NCBI GenBank assembly: GCA_035403045.1
Contig: DAONEL010000004.1
Span: forward strand, 1 to 53,044
From: Bacteroidales bacterium
GTDB taxonomy: Bacteria; Bacteroidota; Bacteroidia; Bacteroidales; UBA4417
DNA: 53,044 bases
Direction of reading: 5' to 3'
Shown: positions 26,666 to 34,953 of the stretch, in pieces
How the letters are laid out: every line of letters begins with the position of its first letter
How positions within the stretch are numbered: the stretch's first letter is position 1
The notes under the pieces: generated by a model
What the model was told of the DNA's origin: nothing
What the model saw: only the letters and a program-made list of their open reading frames with translations
The model's database searches: none
Program-made: the position numbers and the translations under genes

Positions 26666-27883
26666 ATGCAGCTGACGGACCTGAATAATATGACTGAACA
26701 TAAAATCCGCATTTTTTATCACCCTGGTTTTGTTGCCGGAATTCTGGTTATTATTGTTATTGCTATTTCAGCCCAGCGGCTGCTGCTTGAGCCAAAATCC
26801 TTTGAACCGGGGGGAATAGAATACACCAATTATAATAACTTCAAGATATTCAAGCAATCATACTTCCACCTTACTGAAGGCAAAGATCTTTACCAGGCTT
26901 ATCCGGCCGAACATTGGGACTATTATAAGTACAGTCCTGCTTTCGCCTTGCTCATGGCTCCGCTGGCGCTTCTGCCCGACAGTCCGGGGCTTACTCTCTG
27001 GAACCTGCTGAATGCGTTGGTGCTTTTTTTCGCCTTGTGGTCGCTGGGAAAACTTGATAACAGGAAGAAGCTGCTTGTTTTTGCCCTGGTCATTATCGAA
27101 CTGATTACCTCACTTCAGAATTCGCAAAGCAACGGGCTCATCGCCGGCCTTGTCATTATTGCCTTTAATGAGATGGAGAAAGGCCGCGCCCACACCGCAT
27201 CGCTTTTTATTGTCACGACAGTGTTCATTAAGATTTTCGGGATTGTTGCCCTGCTGCTTTTTGTGTTTTATCCCCGAAAGCTTCAATCGGTTTTATACAC
27301 TGCGGGATGGGTGGCTGTTTTCTTCTTTCTGCCGTTGCTGGTTACCTCATGGCCGGAGCTTAAAATGCAATATGAGAGTTGGTTACACTTGTTGCAGAAC
27401 GATCACAGCGCATCCACCGGCTTGTCAGTCGCAGGGTGGTTATCGACTTGGTTTGGTGTCGGGAATAAAAATCTTCAACTGGCAACAGGAGCAGTCCTTC
27501 TGCTACTTCCGTTGATCCGCCTGAAATTTTATAAATATGACCTTTTCAGGCTTCTGTACCTTTCTTCAGTCCTGGTGTGGATGGTCATATTCAATCACAA
27601 GGCCGAGTCACCCACATTTGTCATCGCTGTCTCAGGAGTGGCTATCTGGTTTTTTATGCAGAAATTCAAAATTGAAAACCTGGTTTTGTTGATTCTTGTT
27701 ATCTTCTTTACCATACTTTCGCCAACGGATATTTTTCCTGCATCCTTCCGTTCGGGATTCATTCAACCCTGCGTGTTGAAAGCAGTTCCATGCATCCTGG
27801 TTTGGATAAAAATCACAATCGACCTGTTATTTTTCAGGCCGGGGGAATCGAAAGAAACAAAATTGGCTTTGGAAAAAAGCTGA
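26666..27883 (+). CDS. GT-C fold membrane glycosyltransferase, GT87/DUF2029-like
   Basis: Track ORF 26585 overlaps the upstream gene and was trimmed to the ATG at 26666 (alternative 26690). It is a polytopic membrane protein. The loop-1 motif region is YQAYPAEHWDYYKYSPAFALLMAPLALLP, typical of DUF2029 mannosyltransferases. Recalled family, not searched. Confidence 0.65.
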   Translation: MQLTDLNNMTEHKIRIFYHPGFVAGILVIIVIAISAQRLLLEPKSFEPGGIEYTNYNNFKIFKQSYFHLTEGKDLYQAYPAEHWDYYKYSPAFALLMAPLALLPDSPGLTLWNLLNALVLFFALWSLGKLDNRKKLLVFALVIIELITSLQNSQSNGLIAGLVIIAFNEMEKGRAHTASLFIVTTVFIKIFGIVALLLFVFYPRKLQSVLYTAGWVAVFFFLPLLVTSWPELKMQYESWLHLLQNDHSASTGLSVAGWLSTWFGVGNKNLQLATGAVLLLLPLIRLKFYKYDLFRLLYLSSVLVWMVIFNHKAESPTFVIAVSGVAIWFFMQKFKIENLVLLILVIFFTILSPTDIFPASFRSGFIQPCVLKAVPCILVWIKITIDLLFFRPGESKETKLALEKS

Positions 27884-27885
27884 GT

Positions 27886-28614
27886 TTACCGGGCTCTCGC
27901 TTGTATGGTCTTGAACCTGAGGCTTATAACACCAAAGAAGGCTTCCTTGAAAATCCTGGAACTCATTTTAGAAGTTCCTTCTGTACGATCGGTAAAAATG
28001 ATAGGCACTTCCACCAGGTTGAAACCCAGTCGCCAGGCTGTGTATTTCATTTCTATCTGGAAGGCATAACCCATAAATTTTATTGCATCCAGATCAATGG
28101 TTTCCAGCACTTTACGTGTGTAGCACTTAAATCCAGCCGTGGTATCATAGATGGGCATCCTGGTTACAATCCTCACATATTTTGAAGCGAAATACGACAT
28201 GAGGACACGGCCCATGGGCCAGTTTACAACGTTCACACCTTTCACATACCTTGAGCCTATTGACATGTCAGCACCATAAGATGCGCAGGCATCGTACAGC
28301 CGGATGAGATCGTCAGGATTATGCGAAAAATCACAGTCCATCTCGAAAATGTAGTTGTATCCGTGTTCGAGGGCCCATTTAAAACCTGCAATATAAGCCG
28401 TACCCAGGCCCATTTTGCCTTTCCGTTCAAGTATAAAAAGCCTGCCTTCAAATTCAGGAATCAAACTATGAACGATCCTGCCGGTGCCGTCAGGTGAGTT
28501 GTCTTCAACAATAAGCAGGTGGAACTCTTTAGGCAACGAAAGAACTTTACGGATCATCTTCGCAATGTTCTCTTTCTCGTTGTAAGTAGGAATGATTACG
28601 AGACTGTCGGACAC
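27886..28614 (-). CDS. Polyprenol-monophosphomannose (dolichyl-phosphate-mannose-type) synthase, GT2
   Basis: VIIPTYNEKENI, LLIVEDNSPDGT, DCDFSH and the overall DPM1/Ppm1-like layout. The start codon is GTG at 28614, with no upstream ATG and the GT2 motif immediately after. Its stop lies 2 nt from the stop of the convergent GT87-like gene. Confidence 0.85.
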   Translation of the reverse strand: MSDSLVIIPTYNEKENIAKMIRKVLSLPKEFHLLIVEDNSPDGTGRIVHSLIPEFEGRLFILERKGKMGLGTAYIAGFKWALEHGYNYIFEMDCDFSHNPDDLIRLYDACASYGADMSIGSRYVKGVNVVNWPMGRVLMSYFASKYVRIVTRMPIYDTTAGFKCYTRKVLETIDLDAIKFMGYAFQIEMKYTAWRLGFNLVEVPIIFTDRTEGTSKMSSRIFKEAFFGVISLRFKTIQARAR

Positions 28615-28692
28615 GGTTATGGGAATTTGAGAACGAAAGTATGGAATAATTTCAAAAATTAAACACCCCGGGTCAATTTCTGAAAAATGTTC

Positions 28693-30882
28693 TTAATGAC
28701 CTTTTACCAGTTTTAGCACCGAAACTCCTTTTAGGGTCTTCACGCGAACCAGGTAAATGCCGTCAGGTAAATGCTCAATACTTAAGTCAACTGATGCTGT
28801 TCTTCCTGCCGGGTTTTCAACCAGAATGGTCTTTCCGGTAATGTCAGAAATCCTTAATTCGTCGATGTAGTTCGCTGGCTCTTTGGTCCCGATAGCAATA
28901 AATTGAGCAGCCGGATTAGGATAGCAATAAAGCTGGATGTCAGCCTGCCCGATTTCCCTGATGGCCAGTATGCCACCATTTACCCTGAAACGGGATGCAA
29001 ATTCCTGGAAATATAGGTTAACCATCTGGGGATCATGGATAACCAGCGTATTTTCATCGTTACGGGTATCGGCACTGGTGCTCCAGTTGTGCGAACCGGT
29101 GAGCACCAGGGGATCCGACGAAGAATCTTTCCTGTCGATGAGCACATATTTGTTGTGCTCAAGGCCTGATGTGTACTTGTCGGAAGTAAAATGCGTACCG
29201 AGTCCCAGCAATACATTTTTGACCGAAGGATATGAGTTCAGGTCGCTTTCGCTGTCGATGATAACATTCACTTCAACTCCCGCATTTACACGGTCCTGGA
29301 TGGCATTGGCGATATCAGTCCGGGTAATGATGAAAACCGCAGCATCCGCATTAACCGATGCCGAATTGAAGGCTTCGATGATCCTGCTGTTGGCTCCGTC
29401 GGACGGGCTGAAATAGCTTTCCACTTCTTTACCACCGATGATAAATTCATGCGGTGTGTTGTCGGTTTTGTATGGCCCGAAGCGCGCATTAGAGGCTGAA
29501 GGGGTTGTCCCTGTCGACCCCCACATTTCTTCAAATTCGAGGGTATAAGCTTTTGCCAGGCTCTGATCGTTTATAATGATCACATTGTTGGCATCGCTGC
29601 TCAACTGCTGGCCGGTGAGGTTTGTAGAGCCGGTCCATACAATGGCATCATCGGGATTGGACGATTCGGCATCAATCACGAAGAATTTATTGTGCATTAT
29701 GCCGTAATCGCTTCCGTCGGGGCTGGGAATTTTGGGTATTGACGGCACCCATTGCAGAGAAGTATTTGAGGTGTTGCTGTTATATACGATTCGCACTGTA
29801 ACACCCCGCTGCACCGCCTGGTTAAGGGCATAGGGGATGCGGTCGAGGGTGAAATTGTACATGGCCATATCAATCGTATATTTTGCCCTGTTGATATAAG
29901 CTATGAGCGTATCTTCAACTTTGGTCCCGAGCGAAATAGCTGCAGGCCCTGTGGCAAACGAAGCATCTACATCGCTGGTGAAGTATGCTTTCATCCAACC
30001 CGATGATAGTGATTGTGTGATAAAGACCTTTACCGGTGCAAAAACAGTATCTTGTCCGCTTACGCTGAAAACTTCAGCATAAAACAACTCCGAGGGCTGG
30101 GCGCCTGTAATTATAATTGAATGATTAACAGAGCTTCCGGAGGCAGCTAGCCTGCCAAGTTCAAGTTGCGGAGTATTTCCATAGTACATCTCGGTTGATG
30201 CTGCCTTGTCGGTAGCCCAGGCAATGGTAAGTTCCGAAGTGGTAATATTCACAGCATGAGGCTGTTCTGTTATAGCGAGCCCGCCTCCAATAATGTCGGC
30301 TGATCCCCTGGGCAATAGCTGGTAGTCGCTCTGGTATTGAGAACAGATTCCCACCAGGCTCACTGTTCCACCCGGAATTGATGACCCGATAAGCGGATGT
30401 CCTGTTCGTAAATAGATAATTCCCTGCTGTCCGGCTGAATGAAATGCATATGTCCCGCTGCTGAAGGTGCTTCCCTGTCCCGGGTCAAAGGTCACATTGA
30501 GGATTTTTACCAGCAGTGATTCCACATTTTCTGCAAGTTGAGAAGGGGTAATAATTAATGGATCGGGCAGGGGATTGGAAGAAGAATTGACGGAATAGGA
30601 GCTTACAGGGCTTATTTCCAGCAGGTTATAATAATCTTTCAGTGTACCGGTCACAGTAATGTTCTGGCCAGGTTCGGTACTGCTTAACGAATTGCTGTAA
30701 ACGGCAATACCTGCCGTACTGTCCTGAATATAACGGATTGTGCCGAATTCGTCGCCGGTTGTAACAATTCCGCTGACAGTAACGGTGGCTCCCGTACCTG
30801 ATTGCCTGGCTTCATAAATTGAAGTTTGCCCGGTTGCTGACAGGCTTAGTAATGCAGAAATAATCACGAGCACTTTTTTCAT
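28693..30882 (-). CDS. Secreted phospholipase D-superfamily (two-HKD) protein, probable nuclease, with OB-like N-terminal module, Fn3-like domain and type A T9SS sorting domain
   Basis: A signal peptide is present. The two HxKxxxxD motifs, HNKFFVID (plus GSTN) and HNKYVLID (plus GSHN), lie at roughly nt 29670-29700 and 29135-29160. The C-terminal tail is YCYPNPAAQ...GIYLVRVKTLKGVSVLKLVKG. Confidence 0.85.
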   Translation of the reverse strand: MKKVLVIISALLSLSATGQTSIYEARQSGTGATVTVSGIVTTGDEFGTIRYIQDSTAGIAVYSNSLSSTEPGQNITVTGTLKDYYNLLEISPVSSYSVNSSSNPLPDPLIITPSQLAENVESLLVKILNVTFDPGQGSTFSSGTYAFHSAGQQGIIYLRTGHPLIGSSIPGGTVSLVGICSQYQSDYQLLPRGSADIIGGGLAITEQPHAVNITTSELTIAWATDKAASTEMYYGNTPQLELGRLAASGSSVNHSIIITGAQPSELFYAEVFSVSGQDTVFAPVKVFITQSLSSGWMKAYFTSDVDASFATGPAAISLGTKVEDTLIAYINRAKYTIDMAMYNFTLDRIPYALNQAVQRGVTVRIVYNSNTSNTSLQWVPSIPKIPSPDGSDYGIMHNKFFVIDAESSNPDDAIVWTGSTNLTGQQLSSDANNVIIINDQSLAKAYTLEFEEMWGSTGTTPSASNARFGPYKTDNTPHEFIIGGKEVESYFSPSDGANSRIIEAFNSASVNADAAVFIITRTDIANAIQDRVNAGVEVNVIIDSESDLNSYPSVKNVLLGLGTHFTSDKYTSGLEHNKYVLIDRKDSSSDPLVLTGSHNWSTSADTRNDENTLVIHDPQMVNLYFQEFASRFRVNGGILAIREIGQADIQLYCYPNPAAQFIAIGTKEPANYIDELRISDITGKTILVENPAGRTASVDLSIEHLPDGIYLVRVKTLKGVSVLKLVKGH

Positions 30883-30956
30883 AAAGCCGGTATCCTGAGC
30901 AGGAAAGAGTGATTAAAAGCAGATTTTGGCAGGCTGCAATCCGGTAACGGAGTGCT

Positions 30957-31997
30957 TTATTTTGATTCCTTGACGATAACTGTATAAACCGGAAGGTGGT
31001 CGCTGTAGCCGCCTGCATAAGCGCCGCCTGCAAATGTGCGGAACGGGTAACCGGTATACTGTCCTTCGTGGCTGATAAGGAAAGGCTGGTTGTAAACCTT
31101 GGTTTTATACCAGTGCCATGACCCTTCTCTGCCATGCAGCAGCGGTTCTGAAATTATTGTCTGGTCGAAGAGGTTCCATGAATCGCGGTAAGCAAGTGAG
31201 CCGATACCGTCTCTGAACATCTTCCACATAGGGTTGAAAAGCATTCCCTGTTTCACCTTTTGCTCCTGGCCCTGGGCTCCAAGGATTACATTCACACTTT
31301 CATCCACCGGGTCATCGTTGAGGTCTCCCATGATCACAATTTTAGCATTGCTGCTTACCCTGTAAAGCGAATCGGCCAGGCTGCGGGTGAGGCTGGCTGC
31401 TGCTGCCCGGTATGGAGGCAGATTTCCCCTTGATGGCCAGTGGTTCACGATCACGCTGATGGTGTCACCAGCAAGCAGACCGGTTACTACCAGTTGATCG
31501 CGCGATTTCCAGTTAGGCTCGCCGGGCATATTCAATCTTGCCGATACAGAATTTATCACAGTAAAATCGCGTTTCCGGTAAATCAGGCCAACGTCAACAC
31601 CGCGACTGTCGGGCGAATCATAATGAACTATCCCGTAACCCGAATTGATAAGGGCAGGTGTTTTTATCAGGTCTTCAATAACCTGCCTGTTCTCAATTTC
31701 AGAAAGGCCCAGCAATGTTGGCCCTCCTTTGGTGAACTCGCTGCCGACCTGTGAAATGACCTGCGACATGTTGGCAAGTTTTTTCAGGTAGCGCTCAGAT
31801 GTCCAGTTATTAGCTCCTCCCGGAAGAAATTCTTCATCGTTCTTTTCGGGGTCATTTATAGTATCGAAAAGGTTTTCGAGATTGTAAAAGGCAATGGTGG
31901 CAACTTTGACTTTCTTTTGCTGCGCGCGAGCCGGTGATGCTGTAAAAAAGAAACAGATGCCGGTGAGCAGGAGTAAAATGGCAGATTTAGCAGGCAT
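30957..31997 (-). CDS. Endonuclease/exonuclease/phosphatase (EEP) family secreted protein, probable nuclease
   Basis: The track start at 32021 is TTG and sits inside a predicted -7 box. The ATG at 31997 gives the signal peptide MPAKSAILLLLTGICFFFTASPARAQ. EEP motifs are AFYNLENLFD, GLSEIEN, NHWPSRG, MGDLNDD and YSDHLPV. Confidence 0.85.
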   Translation of the reverse strand: MPAKSAILLLLTGICFFFTASPARAQQKKVKVATIAFYNLENLFDTINDPEKNDEEFLPGGANNWTSERYLKKLANMSQVISQVGSEFTKGGPTLLGLSEIENRQVIEDLIKTPALINSGYGIVHYDSPDSRGVDVGLIYRKRDFTVINSVSARLNMPGEPNWKSRDQLVVTGLLAGDTISVIVNHWPSRGNLPPYRAAAASLTRSLADSLYRVSSNAKIVIMGDLNDDPVDESVNVILGAQGQEQKVKQGMLFNPMWKMFRDGIGSLAYRDSWNLFDQTIISEPLLHGREGSWHWYKTKVYNQPFLISHEGQYTGYPFRTFAGGAYAGGYSDHLPVYTVIVKESK

Positions 31998-32018
31998 GGT
32001 AACGTTTAAATTCGCCGG

Positions 32019-32026
32019 CAAATTTA
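32019..32026 (-). promoter_or_regulatory. -7 promoter box (TAAATTTG on minus strand) for the nuclease gene pair
   Basis: The plus strand reads CAAATTTA, which is exact TAnnTTTG on the minus strand, 21 nt upstream of the ATG at 31997. Confidence 0.4.
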
Positions 32027-32181
32027 CCTATTATTTCGATAGCCTTGTGATCGATAATTATTGTCTCAATTTTGGAATAAAAGCCTGATATTTCGGTTTT
32101 TTTTTGTTCTTTTGCACCCCCTTTTCAATACAAAATCGAAAATCTGATTTCATACTAAGTAATTACCGTTAAAATCAACCT

Positions 32182-34896
32182 ATGAAGGTATTTTTTGCAT
32201 TTGCCGTCCTTTTTATCTCTGTTACGACGGCAATAGCTCAAACATTCAGCATTTCGGGAACAGTAAACGAAGGCCTCACAGGTAATCCGCTGATACATGC
32301 AACAGTAGAAGCCGGCACCGTGAGTGGCTACACACGCAACGACGGCTCGTTTATTCTCGAAGGGCTTGCTAACGGAGACTACACGCTCACGATCACAATG
32401 CTTGGTTTCGAGCCGCAGACAATGCCAGTGAAAGTTGCCAATGGCCCCGTTAATGTTGGCAAGCTGCAGATGCAGCCATCGCAGACACAGGCTGAATCGG
32501 GTATTGCCGAGATTACCCTTGGCGGTGAAAGCGATGATAAGGATCAGGCCATTTCAAGCCTGCTGCACTCATCGGGCGATGTTTTTGTAAACACAGTTTC
32601 GTACACATTCAGCTCAATGTTTTTCCGGTCACGGGGTTACGATTCGGAATACGAAAACGTGCTTATCGAAGGAATTCCATTCAACGATGCCGAAACAGGC
32701 CGCGCAGTATGGGGTGAATGGGGTGGACTCAACGATGTAATGCGCAACCGCGAGTATATCAACGGATTGCAACCCGGTAAGTTCTCATTTGGCAGCCTGG
32801 GAGGCTCATCGTACATCACTACCCGTGCTTCGAAACAGCGCAAGCAAACCAAGTTATCCTATTCGCTGTCTAACAGGTCATACACTAACCGTCTCATGTT
32901 CACATACTCCACCGGTATGATGAAGAACAACTGGGCAGTTTCGGCAAGTGTATCGCGCCGCTGGAGTGAAGAAGGCTATGTGCCGGGTACATTCTACGAT
33001 GCATATGCCTACTTTCTTGGTGTTGAGAAAAAGATCAGCTCAAAGCACAGCATTGCGCTCACAGGCTTTGCATCTCCTACACGCCGCGGAATGAACTCAG
33101 CCTCTGTTCAGGAAGTGTATGACCTGGTGGGGTCAAATTATTACAATGCCAACTGGGGATACCAAAATGGAGAAAAACGCAATTCCCGCGTGAGGACGCT
33201 CAACGAACCCAAACTCATCCTCAGCGAATACTGGACTATTGATAATAAAACAACGGTAACTACCTCGCTGGCTTACAGTTTTGGTAAAACCGGCACAACC
33301 GGGCTCAACTGGTACAACTCCAGCGACCCGCGCCCCGATTATTACCGCAATTTGCCTAACTATCGCCAGGACCCTGCTGTACCGGTTGATCCATTTATAC
33401 AGAATGCCATAACCAATGCCTGGAAAAACGACCCATCAGTCAGCCAGATCAACTGGGATGAGCTTTACCAGATAAATTACCTGGCAAATCTCGAAGGGAA
33501 GCAGGCGCGCTATATCCTCGAAAACAACGTTACTGCTCAAAACCAGTGGTATCTTACTTCGCGCATCAACAGGCAAACCGGCGAACACAGTAATTTCAGC
33601 GGAGGAATTGAACTGAATCATTACAAAGGCTCTCACTACAAAACTCTTGAAGACCTGCTGGGCGGAGAATACTGGGTTGATATCGACCAGTTTTCGGAAC
33701 GCGATTTCAAAGCCGACAAGGAAAAATTGCAGAACGACCTTAACAACCCCGATCGCATTATCAAAGAAGGTGACCGTTTTGGATATGATTACGACCTCCT
33801 GAGTAATACCGGGAACCTGTGGGGCTTGCTCGAACTCAATTACCCGCATTTCGATTACTATGCTGCCGCAACTTTCGGAGGAACACAATACTGGCGCGAA
33901 GGCTTTATGCTTAATGGCCGGAATACTGACAATTCATTCGGAACATCCGAAAAGCAATCATCACTCATTTACAACCTGAAAGCCGGGGCTACATGGAAAG
34001 TTACAGGACGTCATTTTGTTACAGCCAACGCGGCTTACCTTATGCGCCCGCCACTGTTGCGCGATGCCTACATTTCACCCAGAACAGGCGCCGATCTTGT
34101 GCCTGGCATGGCCAACGAAAAAATTCTTGCAGGTGACATCTCCTATGTTGTAAGGTATCCTGGTTTCAATGCCCGTTTCACTGTTTACGAGACCTCTTTT
34201 AAGGATCATACCGAAATACTTCGTTTCTATGCCGATGACCTCGAAACATTCGTGAATATGGCCATGACCGGTGTAAACCGCATCCACCAGGGAATTGAAT
34301 TCGGTGCCGAAACCAAGTTGCTCAGCAGCCTGAAACTCGTCACCGTTGCATCCTATGGTAACTACAGGTACACAAACAGGCCTACCGGGACCATCAATTA
34401 CGATAACGGTTCCGAACCTGACACCACTGAAACCATTTATGCTAAGAACTTCTACATGGGAGGCACGCCACAGTTTGCCGGAAGCGTTGGCCTTAAGTTT
34501 AACAAGAACTACTGGTTTGTTGATCTGAATGTGAATTACTATGATGGTATGTGGCTCGATTTCAACCCCATGCGCCGTACTCAGGCTGCAATTGCCAACC
34601 TGGGACCCGGCGATCCGCTCATCGAAGTAATTACAAAGCAGCAGCAGCTTGACGGAGGTTATACAATTGATGCATCGGTCGGTAAATCCATCCGCATCAA
34701 ATACAAGTATTTCATCAATATTAACTTCTCTGTCAACAACATACTGGATAATACAAGCCTGATTTCCGGCGGATACGAACAAAACCGTTTTGACTACACC
34801 CATGAATACCTGCAGAACGGCATTGATAAGTTTCCGGGCAAATACTACTATTCCTACGGGAGGACATACTTTTTCAACGTAGGTTTCAGGTTTTAA
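32182..34896 (+). CDS. TonB-dependent receptor (CarboxypepD_reg-like N-terminal domain + plug + 22-strand barrel)
   Basis: Signal peptide, then FSISGTVNEGLTGNPLIHATV (carboxypeptidase-regulatory-like fold). The plug region is RGYDSEYENVLIEGIPFND. The long beta-rich barrel ends in the terminal aromatic motif FFNVGFRF. Confidence 0.9.
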   Translation: MKVFFAFAVLFISVTTAIAQTFSISGTVNEGLTGNPLIHATVEAGTVSGYTRNDGSFILEGLANGDYTLTITMLGFEPQTMPVKVANGPVNVGKLQMQPSQTQAESGIAEITLGGESDDKDQAISSLLHSSGDVFVNTVSYTFSSMFFRSRGYDSEYENVLIEGIPFNDAETGRAVWGEWGGLNDVMRNREYINGLQPGKFSFGSLGGSSYITTRASKQRKQTKLSYSLSNRSYTNRLMFTYSTGMMKNNWAVSASVSRRWSEEGYVPGTFYDAYAYFLGVEKKISSKHSIALTGFASPTRRGMNSASVQEVYDLVGSNYYNANWGYQNGEKRNSRVRTLNEPKLILSEYWTIDNKTTVTTSLAYSFGKTGTTGLNWYNSSDPRPDYYRNLPNYRQDPAVPVDPFIQNAITNAWKNDPSVSQINWDELYQINYLANLEGKQARYILENNVTAQNQWYLTSRINRQTGEHSNFSGGIELNHYKGSHYKTLEDLLGGEYWVDIDQFSERDFKADKEKLQNDLNNPDRIIKEGDRFGYDYDLLSNTGNLWGLLELNYPHFDYYAAATFGGTQYWREGFMLNGRNTDNSFGTSEKQSSLIYNLKAGATWKVTGRHFVTANAAYLMRPPLLRDAYISPRTGADLVPGMANEKILAGDISYVVRYPGFNARFTVYETSFKDHTEILRFYADDLETFVNMAMTGVNRIHQGIEFGAETKLLSSLKLVTVASYGNYRYTNRPTGTINYDNGSEPDTTETIYAKNFYMGGTPQFAGSVGLKFNKNYWFVDLNVNYYDGMWLDFNPMRRTQAAIANLGPGDPLIEVITKQQQLDGGYTIDASVGKSIRIKYKYFININFSVNNILDNTSLISGGYEQNRFDYTHEYLQNGIDKFPGKYYYSYGRTYFFNVGFRF

Positions 34897-34953
34897 TCCG
34901 ACAATACCGAAGAATAATTAATAAACAGATAATATAAAAACACCAATATAATC

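Noticed and set aside
28693-30882. PLD/HKD-domain protein as an intracellular defence nuclease.
   Set aside because: It has an N-terminal signal peptide and a T9SS C-terminal sorting domain, and sits next to a secreted EEP nuclease and an uptake receptor. It has no partner ATPase, helicase or methylase. An extracellular digestive role fits far better than a defence role.
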